Positions 21,312 to 32,506 are shown, counted from the first letter of the stretch. The stretch is 64,000 nucleotides of DNA from Bacillota bacterium (GCA_021820975.1 JAKADA010000008.1:2621-66620), one strand, 5' to 3'. Made by a program: numbers and translations. Notes: generated by a model not told the origin, from the sequence alone.

Positions 21312-22418
21312 TTGGCGAGACAGATTTCTGTTGCCTTAGCCCGCCCGGGAATGTGCTTGGCCCGTCCCATTTATGATGAAAAGGGCAGGGTTTTATTGCG
21401 GTCTGGTGTCATACTAACAGAGTACCATGTGAAACGTTTGCGCGAGCAATTTGCCGTTTTAACGATCGAAGATAAAGTATCGCAAGGAATATCGATTCCC
21501 GAGGTTATTGTGGGTGAATTTCGCGTCGAGATGCAGCGTACACTTGAAGAGGAATGGACGCGATTGCGCACTCAAGCTTCTTTTAAACGCGTTTCTTTTA
21601 GTCCTACATTTGCAAAAAAAGTGCGTACACAGATGAGAAACCTTTTGCAGGTTATGCAACACACAGAAATTATTCAAGAAAATATGGCTTCGCTTGCGGG
21701 TTTCGATAACGGTACTTATGTGCATTCGGTTAATGTGGCAATCTATTCGTTAATATTAGGTGTTTCATTAGGATTATCGGAAACTATGCTGATCGAACTG
21801 GCTCTTGGAGCCATATTTCATGATATGGGCAAAATGTTGATACCGATAACTGTGCTGAATAAACGGGGGCCACTGACACCGGAAGAGTATCGTACGATGA
21901 AGGAGCATGCTGAACTCGGGTATTCCCTTTTAAAACAGCAGCATGAGTTTTCTTTTCTTGTCGCACGGTGCGCTCATGAGCACCATGAACGGCTAAACGC
22001 AAGTGGGTATCCAAGAGGCTTACACGGTGACCAGATTCACCAGTTTGCTAAAATTATTGCCATTGCCGATGTGTACGACGCCATGGTTATGCATCGCCCC
22101 TACCGCGATGGTATGTCACCAGGCGATGTGATGGAGTATTTGTTTAGCCGCGCAGGTGTGGAGTTTGATTTTCAGATGGTTGAGATGTTTGGTAAACGAG
22201 TAGTGCCTTATCCAATTGGCACCGAAGTACAACTAAGCAATGGTTGTACTGGCATTGTAGCATCCATTCACGAATTGATTCCCGCTCGCCCTGTCGTTCG
22301 AATTATAGAAAACTCCGATCAGCAACGTGTTACGCCTTATGAAGTTGATCTAAGCAAGCAACTTAATATCACGGTGCTTCGTTGTCAAAGTGTATCGTTG
22401 CTTAAGGAAATTGAGTAA
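21312..22418 (+). CDS. HD-GYP domain protein (putative c-di-GMP phosphodiesterase)
   Basis: HDMGK ... HHERLNASGYPRGL motifs. TTG start after a GGAGGA RBS. Confidence 0.8.
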   Translation: MARQISVALARPGMCLARPIYDEKGRVLLRSGVILTEYHVKRLREQFAVLTIEDKVSQGISIPEVIVGEFRVEMQRTLEEEWTRLRTQASFKRVSFSPTFAKKVRTQMRNLLQVMQHTEIIQENMASLAGFDNGTYVHSVNVAIYSLILGVSLGLSETMLIELALGAIFHDMGKMLIPITVLNKRGPLTPEEYRTMKEHAELGYSLLKQQHEFSFLVARCAHEHHERLNASGYPRGLHGDQIHQFAKIIAIADVYDAMVMHRPYRDGMSPGDVMEYLFSRAGVEFDFQMVEMFGKRVVPYPIGTEVQLSNGCTGIVASIHELIPARPVVRIIENSDQQRVTPYEVDLSKQLNITVLRCQSVSLLKEIE

Positions 22419-22478
22419 TCGCATTCCTTATACTATGATAGGTATGTAAGATATACGTTGATAAAGGGATGATACCAA

Positions 22479-23438
22479 ATGACACTACGACGCGTTATGA
22501 TTCTTGGTACGGGACCTGCAGGACTAACTGCAGCTATCTATGCCGCTCGGGCGAATCTGCAACCTTTGATCATTGAAGGCAATGAACCAGGCGGTCAGTT
22601 AACTTTAACGACTGAAGTAGAGAATTTTCCTGGATTTCCTGAAGGCGTAATGGGTCCTGAATTGATGCAGTCCATGCGCGAGCAAGCGGAACGTTTTGGA
22701 GCAGAATTTGTTACAGGATTTGTGACATCGGTCGATTTGTCTAAGCGACCATTTACCGTGATAGTAGATGAAAAGGATAGTTATCAAGCGCAAAGTTTGA
22801 TTATATCAACAGGTGCTTCTGCCAAACGTCTCGGTATTGAAGGCGAACTTGAAATGACTGGCCGTGGAGTATCTACCTGCGCAACATGTGATGGATTTTT
22901 CTTTCGTAACAAGCCAATTATTGTGGTAGGCGGCGGCGACTCTGCCATGGAAGAAGCCACATTTTTAACAAAATTTGCGTCTGAAGTTGTCATTGTTCAT
23001 CGCAGAGAAGAGTTGCGTGCGTCGAAAGTTATGCAAGAGAGAGCTCGTAACAACTCGAAGATTCGCTTTGAACTGGGGATGCTACCTACTGCCGTAGAAC
23101 GAGATGAGCACAAGGTCACTGGTCTTGTGGTACGTGATGTTGTGACAGGTGAGACAAAGTCGTTAAAAACAGATGGAATTTTTGTGGCAATTGGGCACTC
23201 ACCTAATACAGGCTTTTTAGCAGAACAACTTGAAGTTGATCCAGTAGGTTACATAAAGACAAAGGGTGTCACAACCGCGACGAGTGTGGAAGGCGTTTTT
23301 GCCTGCGGTGATGTTGCTGACCCACTGTATCGTCAAGCGATCACTGCAGCAGGGTCTGGCTGTAAAGCAGCGCTTGATGTCGAGAAGTTTCTCGAAGGAC
23401 AATCGGCGCAGGATTGGTCTGTTTCTTTACAAGCATAA
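22479..23438 (+). CDS. trxB: Thioredoxin reductase
   Basis: GTGPAG fold and redox-active CATCDG motif; 319 aa. Confidence 0.92.
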   Translation: MTLRRVMILGTGPAGLTAAIYAARANLQPLIIEGNEPGGQLTLTTEVENFPGFPEGVMGPELMQSMREQAERFGAEFVTGFVTSVDLSKRPFTVIVDEKDSYQAQSLIISTGASAKRLGIEGELEMTGRGVSTCATCDGFFFRNKPIIVVGGGDSAMEEATFLTKFASEVVIVHRREELRASKVMQERARNNSKIRFELGMLPTAVERDEHKVTGLVVRDVVTGETKSLKTDGIFVAIGHSPNTGFLAEQLEVDPVGYIKTKGVTTATSVEGVFACGDVADPLYRQAITAAGSGCKAALDVEKFLEGQSAQDWSVSLQA

Positions 23439-23451
23439 GATGTTCAATAAA

Positions 23452-23493
23452 ACAGGGTTGCACAGTAGGAATACTTACTGTGTAGCCCTGTTT
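23452..23493. terminator. Bidirectional terminator (trxB / menA)
   Basis: About 17-bp stem (with G:U pairs) ACAGGGTTGCACAGTAGG / CTTACTGTGTAGCCCTGT. Confidence 0.7.
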
Positions 23494-23506
23494 GTATATT
23501 CATTTA

Positions 23507-24397
23507 TTAGCGGAAAAGCAAGCTGATGAAAAGCAATACTGCAAAGACGATCAATGTCTGTGAAACCATTTTAAAAGCTTGCTGAAGTTGCTTGTGTTCT
23601 GTCGTTTGGGCAAAAAGGCGTGGACCCCGTAAGGCGAAGGGAATAGCTAAAAAAGTAAGTAATGACCACCAGGATAAAAGCTGAAATAGCATCATGAAAA
23701 GAAGGATGATGTAAGCAAGGACAAACGTAATGCGTAAAGTACGAATACCGCCTGCTCGTCCGATGACGATCGGCAAAGTGCGGCGTCCGCCTTCTGTATC
23801 ATGGGTAATGTCTCGGATGTTGTTGGCAAGTAAGATGGCACCAATGAGAAGGCCGATCGGTGCAGAAGCAAGAGCAGCTCGACCTGTTATGTGTCCTGTT
23901 TGTATGAAATAGCTAATCAAAACAATCACGGGGCCCATAATAATACCCGCAGTAATTTCACCAAAAGGCGTTGATGAGATAGGGTGAGGACCGGATGAAT
24001 ATAAGTACATGAAAACCATACTACAGATGCCTGCTACAGCGACCCACCAAGATGTAGTTGAAGCAATATAATAGCCGAATAAAATAGCGAGAATCAACGT
24101 TCCTACGGCAATGAATAGCACCGTGTTTGGTTTTACATTATCTCGTACAATGGTACCTGCGATGCCGACCATGTGTTCATTGTCTAGGCCCCGTCGGAAG
24201 TCATAGTATTCATTGATCATGTTAGCCACAGCTTGTATGAGCATCGATGAGATTAACATGGCAAGAAATAAAAGCGTATGAAAAGGCGCGTTATGAAACG
24301 CAAGGCCTGTTCCTACGAGGACGGGAGCGATGGATGCGGTTAATGTAGGCGGACGTAATAACCGCCAGCCTAAAGTCATGATACGCTTACTTTGCAT
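23507..24397 (-). CDS. menA: 1,4-dihydroxy-2-naphthoate polyprenyltransferase
   Basis: UbiA-family membrane protein with NEYYDFRRG and NNIRD motifs. Start set at ATG 24397 (GAGGTG RBS). Confidence 0.88.
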   Translation of the reverse strand: MQSKRIMTLGWRLLRPPTLTASIAPVLVGTGLAFHNAPFHTLLFLAMLISSMLIQAVANMINEYYDFRRGLDNEHMVGIAGTIVRDNVKPNTVLFIAVGTLILAILFGYYIASTTSWWVAVAGICSMVFMYLYSSGPHPISSTPFGEITAGIIMGPVIVLISYFIQTGHITGRAALASAPIGLLIGAILLANNIRDITHDTEGGRRTLPIVIGRAGGIRTLRITFVLAYIILLFMMLFQLLSWWSLLTFLAIPFALRGPRLFAQTTEHKQLQQAFKMVSQTLIVFAVLLFISLLFR

Positions 24398-24528
24398 GAA
24401 CAGATTCACCTCGAACCTTACCATAGCATGTCGATCATCTATCAACAAGTAGTGAAACAAAGAGATAAATCTGGTATACTCATTTTACAGACTGGTGAGT
24501 CGGAAAATAGTCTTGGGAGGAATATTTA

Positions 24529-25341
24529 GTGAATTGGGAGTCTATTAAAGAATACCAAGATATTCGTTTTGAATATGCGGAGCATATTGCGCGCATAACC
24601 ATCAACAGGCCTGAAGTAAGAAATGCGTTTCGCCCGGAAACGGTCGAGGAATTAATTGAGGCTTTTTCGATCGTTCGTGATGATCAAGAGATTGGTGCAG
24701 TCATTCTTACCGGAGAAGGGGATAAGGCATTTTGTTCAGGTGGTGATCAACGTGTCCGCGGGATTGGTGGATATGTTGGTAAAGACAGCATCCCGCGTTT
24801 AAACGTATTGGACCTACAACGGCAAATTCGCTTATTGCCTAAAGTAGTCATTGCGGCGGTTGCGGGTTATGCGATTGGTGGGGGGCACGTATTGCATCTC
24901 GTATGTGATTTAACGATTGCTGCAGATAACGCGATTTTCGGCCAAACTGGCCCTAAAGTGGGTAGCTTTGATGCGGGTTATGGAACAGGCATTTTAGCGC
25001 GTACGGTGGGAATCAAGAAGGCGAAAGAAATTTGGTTTTTGTGCCGTCAGTACAACGCACAAGAGGCGCTCGATATGGGCCTTGTTAATAAAGTTGTACC
25101 TGTAACGCAGTTGCAAGATGAAGCCATGGAATGGGCACGCGAGGTTGTTACTAAGAGTCCGATGGCAATTCGGTTTTTGAAAGCATCCTTTAACGTTGAT
25201 ACGGATGGTTTAGCCGGATTGCAACAGATGGCTGGGGATGCCACGATGATGTTCTATATGACCGAAGAGGCTCATGAAGGGAAAAATGCTTTTTTAGAAA
25301 AACGCAGTCCGGATTTTGATAAGTTCCCTCGTTTACCCTGA
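24529..25341 (+). CDS. menB: 1,4-dihydroxy-2-naphthoyl-CoA synthase
   Basis: Crotonase fold with DIRFEY...[12 protein letters not shown] and FCSGGDQ motifs; GTG start. Confidence 0.93.
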   Translation: MNWESIKEYQDIRFEYAEHIARITINRPEVRNAFRPETVEELIEAFSIVRDDQEIGAVILTGEGDKAFCSGGDQRVRGIGGYVGKDSIPRLNVLDLQRQIRLLPKVVIAAVAGYAIGGGHVLHLVCDLTIAADNAIFGQTGPKVGSFDAGYGTGILARTVGIKKAKEIWFLCRQYNAQEALDMGLVNKVVPVTQLQDEAMEWAREVVTKSPMAIRFLKASFNVDTDGLAGLQQMAGDATMMFYMTEEAHEGKNAFLEKRSPDFDKFPRLP

Positions 25342-25358
25342 AAGGAAGTAATCGTAGG

Positions 25359-26828
25359 ATGAATCGATTTGTACCTGATTGGCTAACTGTTTTGCAACAT
25401 GAGAACAAACCGGCTTTGATCGTAGAAGATAAGACGTATTCCTATGCTGACTTGTATCGTTTAAGTCGTGCATTTGCAGAGCGCTTGCAGGCATACAACG
25501 TGTTGCAAGGAGATCGGGTTGCGTTGTTGGCGCGCAACCCTTTGGTTTTTTCCGTAGCAATGCATGCTGCACGCTTTCTCAAAGCCATTTTAGTACCGAT
25601 CAATACGCGTTTGGCCACTTCCGAGATGGTTTGGCAAGTACAAGATGCTGCTGTGTCGCTATTTATTGCCGATAGTAACCATGAAGAGCAGATGCTTCGC
25701 GTGGTTCATGACACATCTCGCCCGATACCTACAATTTTGTTGCATGAGATGCAAAAGGATGATGCGAAATCATCTTTTGTGCAAGGGTCCATTGATTTGG
25801 AACTTGTGCAAAGCATCATGTATACCTCAGGAACGACAGGCCACCCCAAGGGCGCTATGATTACCTATGAAAATCATTTGTTTGGCGCCATGATGTCAGG
25901 ATATCGCTTAGGAATCGCGCAAGGTGACTGTTGGTTGACCTCTATGCCTTTATTTCATGTAGGTGGACAAGCTGTTTTGATGCGCTCTGTTATCTATGGT
26001 ACAACGGCGATGATTCAAGAGCGTTTCGATGAGACAGAGTTCAATCGTGCGATAGATAATGGTATCGTCACGCTCGTTTCGGTAGTACCAGCGATGCTAT
26101 CAAGAATGCTAGAAGGTCGAATTACATCTTATGGGTCTCAGTTGCGCTGTGTACTTTTAGGAGGCGGTCCTGCGCCAAGGCCCTTGCTTGAACGTTGTGC
26201 CGCATTGCATATCCCCGTTTCGCAAAGTTACGGATTGACGGAGGCAAACTCCCAAGTAGCAACGTTGCCACCATCGCTCAGTTTAGAAAAATTAGGATCG
26301 GCGGGTAAGCCTCTTTCCCTTAATGAAATTCGTATCGTCGATGAAGATGGTCATGATGTTGCTCCTTTTAGCGCAGGTGAAATTATTGTTCGTGGGCCAA
26401 CGATGACCAAAGGGTATTACCACAACGAAGAAGCTGATCGCAATGCATGGAAAAATGGTTGGTTTTATACGGGTGATATCGGTACGGTAGATGAGCAAGG
26501 TTATTTATATATGTTGGATCGCCGGCATGATTTGATCATTTCTGGTGGAGAAAATGTTTATCCAGCTGAAATTGAAAGTGTCTTATCTGGGCATGATGCC
26601 GTGCAAGAAGCCGGCGTAACGGGTATGGCTAATGATCGCTATGGCCAAGTGCCTATTGCATTTGTTGTCTTGCAAAAAGACAGGATGGTGACCGCCTTGG
26701 AGTTGCAAACCTATTGTCGATCACGACTTGCAGGATATAAAGTGCCTAAAGAAATACGGTTTGTCTCATCGCTTCCACGTAATGCTTCTTTAAAATTGTT
26801 GCGAAGGGAACTTTTGCAATGGGTATAA
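25359..26828 (+). CDS. menE: o-Succinylbenzoate-CoA ligase
   Basis: AMP-binding motif YTSGTTGHPKG; sits between menB and menF. Confidence 0.85.
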   Translation: MNRFVPDWLTVLQHENKPALIVEDKTYSYADLYRLSRAFAERLQAYNVLQGDRVALLARNPLVFSVAMHAARFLKAILVPINTRLATSEMVWQVQDAAVSLFIADSNHEEQMLRVVHDTSRPIPTILLHEMQKDDAKSSFVQGSIDLELVQSIMYTSGTTGHPKGAMITYENHLFGAMMSGYRLGIAQGDCWLTSMPLFHVGGQAVLMRSVIYGTTAMIQERFDETEFNRAIDNGIVTLVSVVPAMLSRMLEGRITSYGSQLRCVLLGGGPAPRPLLERCAALHIPVSQSYGLTEANSQVATLPPSLSLEKLGSAGKPLSLNEIRIVDEDGHDVAPFSAGEIIVRGPTMTKGYYHNEEADRNAWKNGWFYTGDIGTVDEQGYLYMLDRRHDLIISGGENVYPAEIESVLSGHDAVQEAGVTGMANDRYGQVPIAFVVLQKDRMVTALELQTYCRSRLAGYKVPKEIRFVSSLPRNASLKLLRRELLQWV

Positions 26829-28243
26829 GTGCACCGCATAGTATCAAAGATATAGAAGAACTCAAACAGGCTGCTGCTTATGTGATGCAAAACGGAGTGG
26901 ATCGCATTGTAAGCCTAGCTACGAGCATACATGCTATGGGCGATCTAGCTCACCTCGCTGACTTTGTTGAAAAAAAAGCTGCTGTGTATTGGCGCGATCC
27001 AAAAAATGGAACGGAATTTTTTGCGTTTGATACCGCACGTTCTTTTGAGGTGAAGGATGGGGACCCTATTTCCTTGTTACGGGAGGCGTATGCTCAATTC
27101 GCGAAAAATGTATGGAATCAACATAAAGAGGACGTACGATTCTTTCTTTCCTTACCGTTTTATGGGGGACAAGTTCAGGATAAAGGTTTTTTTGCTAAGT
27201 GGCCCTTTGGCTGGTTATTATTGCCGCGTTATTTGGTTACTAAAGATAGCTCAGGGAATGTACTGTTTCAGGAAAACTTCTATTTAGATCCACAAATGAT
27301 TTCAGCGTTCAATATAGAACAGGCCATAACTCACTTTGTGCAAATGAGAGACGCTTTTATACAGCAAGCAAAAAATGAAATGACGTTGGAAACACATAGC
27401 ATTTCGCAAGAAAACGATAGTCTGGACAAAAGCACATGGGAAAATAACGTTTTAGAAGCTATTCAAACCTTGCAAAAGGGATCATTAAAAAAGATTGTTC
27501 TCGCTAGGCATGTAACCTTAACCATGTCAAAAAAACCTGTTGCAAGTGCAATTATCGCAAAACTACGCGCGCGGTTTACGGATAGCGCGGTTTTTGTTTT
27601 GTTTCATCACGGGTCCTTGTTTGCGGGAGCGTCTCCTGAACGATTGGTTACTGTCAATCAAAACAACGTGGATGTTGACTGTTTGGCTGGTACGGCAAGC
27701 CGATCACATTCGCCAGAGGTCGATCAACGACTTGGTGAACAACTTTTGCATAGTCCAAAAAATCGCGAAGAACATCAAATGGTCGTTGATGGAATTCGTG
27801 AAGAATTAGCTCATGTTGTTAGGAATTTGCATATTCCGGATGAGCCACGGTTAAAAAAACTATCCAATGTACAGCACTTATACACGCCTGTCACGGCACA
27901 ACTTTTGCCTACGTGGGATGCTTTGTCCTTGTTAGCAAAACTTCATCCTACGCCGGCTGTAGCTGGGCTTCCTAAAGATAAGGCAGTGGATTACTTGATC
28001 GAGCATGAGTCATGGCAACGTGGATTCTATGCTGCCCCAATCGGATTTATCGATGCAAGTGGAAATTTAGATTGTTATGTTGCTTTACGGTCTGCATTGA
28101 TTGAAGGTAAAAAGGCTGTTTTATTTGCTGGTGCAGGGATCACCAAGGACTCGGACCCGGAAATGGAATATATAGAAACTGAGTGGAAGATGAACCCGAT
28201 GCGAGAAGCCTTAGATGACTTTAGTCAAGGCAAAGGAGTGTGA
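26819..28243 (+). CDS. menF: Isochorismate synthase
   Basis: Chorismate-binding C-terminal block HPTPAVAGLP...FYAAPIGF...ALRSA; overlaps the menE end. Confidence 0.88.
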   Translation: MGISAPHSIKDIEELKQAAAYVMQNGVDRIVSLATSIHAMGDLAHLADFVEKKAAVYWRDPKNGTEFFAFDTARSFEVKDGDPISLLREAYAQFAKNVWNQHKEDVRFFLSLPFYGGQVQDKGFFAKWPFGWLLLPRYLVTKDSSGNVLFQENFYLDPQMISAFNIEQAITHFVQMRDAFIQQAKNEMTLETHSISQENDSLDKSTWENNVLEAIQTLQKGSLKKIVLARHVTLTMSKKPVASAIIAKLRARFTDSAVFVLFHHGSLFAGASPERLVTVNQNNVDVDCLAGTASRSHSPEVDQRLGEQLLHSPKNREEHQMVVDGIREELAHVVRNLHIPDEPRLKKLSNVQHLYTPVTAQLLPTWDALSLLAKLHPTPAVAGLPKDKAVDYLIEHESWQRGFYAAPIGFIDASGNLDCYVALRSALIEGKKAVLFAGAGITKDSDPEMEYIETEWKMNPMREALDDFSQGKGV

Positions 28244-28249
28244 CACGCA

Positions 28250-29998
28250 TTGGCCTCGATCAATACAAACATGACAGTGGTTATTGCTTTTCTAGAGTCG
28301 TTGTATCAATCAGGAGTACATCATGTATGTATCTCACCAGGATCACGGTCAACACCGATCACGATAGCTGCTGCAAGACATGGCAAAATTCGCGTCTGGA
28401 CCTTGCTTGATGAAAGATCTGCAGGCTTTTTTGCATTAGGTATGGCGCGCATTTTGCATGAGCCCATTGTTTTAGTTTGCACCTCTGGAACAGCAACAGC
28501 TAACTATCTTCCTGCTGTCATGGAAGCATACAAAACGCATGTACCGCTTATAATCATCACAGCGGATCGACCACCAGAATTGCTCGGTGTAGGAAGCAAT
28601 CAGACGGTTATGCAAACTAACCTTTATACTCATCACGTCAAGTCTTTTGTTTCTATGCCTGTACCTGATGGTGATCCTGCCTTGATTGCTCACGCTACGG
28701 CCACAGCAGCACGTATCACATCCATTGCTTTGACGTCTTCTGAGGGTCCCGTGCATGTAAACTGGCCACTTCGCGAACCGCTTTTACCGCCGAAAGATGT
28801 TGATCTCTCTATTCATGCCCCTGTTATGTATAGGCAAGCGCGTACGATGGCCCTTGATTTGGCCGACTTTTTTAGTCAGCTTTTCTCAACAACGGTGAAA
28901 GGTCTTATCGTTTGTGGGCCGACAGATAACCAAGAAGATGCTGCTTCTATTCGTGCTTTTGCAACGAAGATAGGTTATCCTTTGTTGGCAGATCCTTTAT
29001 CACAACAGCGAAGCTTTGGACAAGAATCATCTCTTGTCATTGATATGTATGATCTTCTCTTTCGAGGCGCGTTTTTGACAAATTCCGATGAGCGCGAACG
29101 CTTACTTTCTCCACTAAAGCCTGATTTGATTATCCGATTTTCCCATACGCCAACGTCAAAAGCGTTAGGTCAGTATCTAAGCTCGCTCTCTTCGGTACGG
29201 CAAATTGTTATTGATCCTTCGGATCAAACTTGGGAAGATCCCTACTTTCTTGCAACCGATGTTGTGCAGGTAGATAGTCAAAGTTTTTGTGACAGCGTTG
29301 GCGAACGTCTGATTGCTCGTGAAACGACAAATTGGGCAAAAAGATGGCAGAATGTTAATGCAGCCATTGTTAAAGCACAACAAAAGGCGCGAAAACAGAT
29401 GGATGGTCTTTTTGAGGGAAGCATCATTGAAGTTTTAGCAGAAACATTGGTTGACAATAGTATTCTTTTCGTTGGAAATAGTATGCCGATTCGCGATGTC
29501 GACTCTTTTTTTGTTCAAACGCCTCGTAAGATTACGCTGGTTGCTAACCGTGGCGTAAGTGGCATTGATGGTGTTGTTTCTACTGCCGTCGGTGTAGCTG
29601 CGGTAAGCCCCTTACAAACAGTGGTCTTATTGATTGGCGACGTTTCATTTTATCATGATCTTAACGGTCTTTTAGCGACAAAGTTGTATAAGGTATCTTT
29701 GACGATCGTACTGATGAATAATGATGGAGGCGGTATATTTTCCATGCTCCCTCCAGCTTCACAAAAGGATGTTTCATCGTATTTTTCGACGCCACACGGG
29801 TTGGATTTTTCCTTTATTTCACAGATGTACGGGGCGACATGGCACGACATTGCGGATTTATCTGATTTTCGTGAAGCACTACAAGAGACTATGGGAATAT
29901 CCGGGCTACACATAGTGCAATTGCGCTCTAATCGTGAGGGAAATGCGCGTATGCATGAACAAATTTATCAATCGTGTTTTGAGGCCTTTCGATCATGA
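28250..29998 (+). CDS. menD: SEPHCHC synthase (2-succinyl-5-enolpyruvyl-6-hydroxy-3-cyclohexene-1-carboxylate synthase)
   Basis: ThDP enzyme, 582 aa, with GDVSFYHDLNG...NNDGGGIF motif. Confidence 0.9.
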   Translation: MASINTNMTVVIAFLESLYQSGVHHVCISPGSRSTPITIAAARHGKIRVWTLLDERSAGFFALGMARILHEPIVLVCTSGTATANYLPAVMEAYKTHVPLIIITADRPPELLGVGSNQTVMQTNLYTHHVKSFVSMPVPDGDPALIAHATATAARITSIALTSSEGPVHVNWPLREPLLPPKDVDLSIHAPVMYRQARTMALDLADFFSQLFSTTVKGLIVCGPTDNQEDAASIRAFATKIGYPLLADPLSQQRSFGQESSLVIDMYDLLFRGAFLTNSDERERLLSPLKPDLIIRFSHTPTSKALGQYLSSLSSVRQIVIDPSDQTWEDPYFLATDVVQVDSQSFCDSVGERLIARETTNWAKRWQNVNAAIVKAQQKARKQMDGLFEGSIIEVLAETLVDNSILFVGNSMPIRDVDSFFVQTPRKITLVANRGVSGIDGVVSTAVGVAAVSPLQTVVLLIGDVSFYHDLNGLLATKLYKVSLTIVLMNNDGGGIFSMLPPASQKDVSSYFSTPHGLDFSFISQMYGATWHDIADLSDFREALQETMGISGLHIVQLRSNREGNARMHEQIYQSCFEAFRS

Positions 29999-30849
29999 GG
30001 CAACGTAGATGGCATGAAAAGCGAATGGTTATTCGAGGCCAAGTTTATCGTATTGTAGAGTGGAGTAAGAGAGGGTATCCACTGCTCTTATTGCATGGGT
30101 TTATGGGTAGTGCGTTAGACTTTGCAACAATTGCCGATCGTTTTGCATCCTCGCGCCGTGTATTGGCTATCGACTTTTTAGGACATGCAAAATCCTCTAG
30201 CCCAGAAGATCCTAGACGATATCGCATGGAACAAATTATTCAGGATATAGCGACCCTATTAGATGCTTGCGGGATCTTCAGAACGGATATGTTGGGCTAT
30301 TCCATGGGGGGGAGAGTGGCGCTTGCTTTTGCTACTGTATATTCAAAAAAAGTACGTTCACTCATTTTAGAAAGTGCATCACCTGGTCTTGCTATAGACT
30401 TTGCGCGCATGGTACGCAGGGAAGCTGATGAGCTGCTAGTAAAGCAAATGCGTAGTGCTGGATTGCGGCATTTTGTTGATAGATGGGAACAATTACCCTT
30501 ATTTGCATCGCAAACTCTGTTGTCTGAAGAACTCTTGCTACGACAACGGCTTGTTCGTCTGAGTCACACGATAATAGGGTTATCGGGGAGCTTGCAGGGG
30601 CTGGGAACGGGTGTCCAACGATCTTATTGGCCTGTATTGGAGCAAATTCATTTGCCAGTATTGCTCATTACGGGTCAACTCGATAAGAAATTCACGGGAA
30701 TTGCTCAAGATATGAAACCACTTTTACATCAGGTTGCTTGGCAGTCTATTGATGGTGTTGGTCATAACACGCACTTAGAAAATCCAAATGCATTTTTTTA
30801 CTATGTAAGTTGTTTTCTTAATCAAGTTAAAAACGTGCAACATAAATAG
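29995..30849 (+). CDS. menH: SHCHC synthase (alpha/beta hydrolase)
   Basis: HGFMGS and GYSMGG nucleophile elbow; overlaps the menD stop. Confidence 0.8.
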   Translation: MRQRRWHEKRMVIRGQVYRIVEWSKRGYPLLLLHGFMGSALDFATIADRFASSRRVLAIDFLGHAKSSSPEDPRRYRMEQIIQDIATLLDACGIFRTDMLGYSMGGRVALAFATVYSKKVRSLILESASPGLAIDFARMVRREADELLVKQMRSAGLRHFVDRWEQLPLFASQTLLSEELLLRQRLVRLSHTIIGLSGSLQGLGTGVQRSYWPVLEQIHLPVLLITGQLDKKFTGIAQDMKPLLHQVAWQSIDGVGHNTHLENPNAFFYYVSCFLNQVKNVQHK

Positions 30850-30914
30850 ACAATTTAGTGGCTTATCAAATTCGAGTGACTTGTGGTATTATGCAATAGA
30901 GGAGGCGTTCTCTT

Positions 30915-31226
30915 ATGCAGGAAGAGAAGTTATGCCCTAAATTTGAAGCTGCCTTTCAACTTTTAGGAAAGCGTTGGACGGGTTTGATTATTCGTGTTCT
31001 TTTACACGGGCCGCAACGTTTTCGTGATATTTCCGCTGTTATCCCAGCAATGAGTGACCGGATGCTTGCAGAGCGCTTTAAGGAGCTTGAAGCTGCGGGT
31101 ATTTTAACACGGCTAGTCTATCCCGAAACTCCCGTTCGTATTGAGTATGAATTGACGGAAAAAGGGCGTACTTTGCAACCTGTCATGGACGAAGTTCAGC
31201 ATTGGGCCGATAACTGGCTGTCCTAA
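30915..31226 (+). CDS. HxlR-family transcriptional regulator
   Basis: CPKFEAAFQLLGKRWTGLIIRVLL... typical HxlR winged helix; 103 aa. Confidence 0.85.
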   Translation: MQEEKLCPKFEAAFQLLGKRWTGLIIRVLLHGPQRFRDISAVIPAMSDRMLAERFKELEAAGILTRLVYPETPVRIEYELTEKGRTLQPVMDEVQHWADNWLS

Positions 31227-31231
31227 TTGGA

Positions 31232-32506
31232 TCATGGCGGTAAAATGATCGATACTTTTGTGCCCTTCCCTACTTCGCTACTGATAAGGATATCTCCGTT
31301 ATGCGCATCGACGATCCATTTGGCAATGGCAAGGCCGAGTCCACTGCCTTGTTTTTGTCTGTGACGGGCTCGGTCGCCCCGTACAAAGCGATCAAATACA
31401 TGTGGCAAGAGCTTCGCATCTATGCCTATCCCAGTATCTGAAACGGTTATTGTTGTATGAAGTGTATCATTTTCAACGCCCACTTGGATTTTCGCCCCTG
31501 CACCGGAATAGCGCATTGCGTTGTCGATCAAGATGAGTAATAACTGACGTAAGCGAGCTTTGTCACCTAGCGTATAGCAAGGCGTTACGGGAAGTACGCA
31601 CGAAATTTGCTTTTCTTCCATGACAGCCACAGGTTCAATAATATCCACTACTTCACTGATCAGGGTTGAAACATCCACAGGCACATGCTCAATCAACTGC
31701 TCCTTTGAATCAGCACGCGCTAATGTTAAAAGATCTGCTATTAACGATGTCGTTCTTGTGACTTCCTCGTAAGCGTTCGCCAAATACTGCATTTCTGCTT
31801 CAATCGTGTGATCAGGGTTACGCAATAAAACATCGAGGTTTGTCTTGATGATCGTCAATGGAGTCCTTAATTCATGTGACGCATCTGCGACAAATTGTTG
31901 CTGGCGTTGCCAAGACAAAACCATGGGTTTGATACTTTTGGTAGCAAGCCAGATGGCGACGGCTAATATAACGGCTAATATGGCAATGCCAGAAACCGCA
32001 AGAGTCCAGAGTAAACTGTCTAAAGTGGTATCCGTAGTACTGGTGGGTTTCATTGTGTAGATCAAATAGTGGCCGGATGCTGTATTGACGATCGCAGTAA
32101 ATGTTCGGTAAGTTACTCCGCCAATTTGTGTTGGTGCAAAGTAACCACGATTAGAAGTAGCGCTCGTTTGTTTATATAATTGTCTGATATTAATAAAAGG
32201 GTTTCCATCGACAAACGCTGCCGTAGAATGCTTACCTGTCGGAATAATATGCCATAAACTAAAATCTACCTCTTGATCATTCACACTAATCACATCAGAG
32301 CTGGATTTTTTTGTATCTCTTATGTAACTGTGGATGATGTGCAACGCAGATGTTCGTAACTGCCTGTCTAGCTCAGAATACAGTTCTTGAGCCATTAACG
32401 CGTAGACGATGATGAGTAAGATAGCAAGAATACTGGCTAAAGCGCCTAAATTGATCGCAAATAAGCGTAATCGAAGTTCTCTGTAGGGATTTTGCGAACC
32501 TTTCAC
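31232..32506 (-). CDS. Membrane sensor histidine kinase (OmpR/PhoR-type partner)
   Basis: Two TM segments around an extracytoplasmic loop. H-box SHELRTPLT and G-boxes DTGIGI, GSGLGLAI. Confidence 0.88.
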   Translation of the reverse strand: MKGSQNPYRELRLRLFAINLGALASILAILLIIVYALMAQELYSELDRQLRTSALHIIHSYIRDTKKSSSDVISVNDQEVDFSLWHIIPTGKHSTAAFVDGNPFINIRQLYKQTSATSNRGYFAPTQIGGVTYRTFTAIVNTASGHYLIYTMKPTSTTDTTLDSLLWTLAVSGIAILAVILAVAIWLATKSIKPMVLSWQRQQQFVADASHELRTPLTIIKTNLDVLLRNPDHTIEAEMQYLANAYEEVTRTTSLIADLLTLARADSKEQLIEHVPVDVSTLISEVVDIIEPVAVMEEKQISCVLPVTPCYTLGDKARLRQLLLILIDNAMRYSGAGAKIQVGVENDTLHTTITVSDTGIGIDAKLLPHVFDRFVRGDRARHRQKQGSGLGLAIAKWIVDAHNGDILISSEVGKGTKVSIILPP

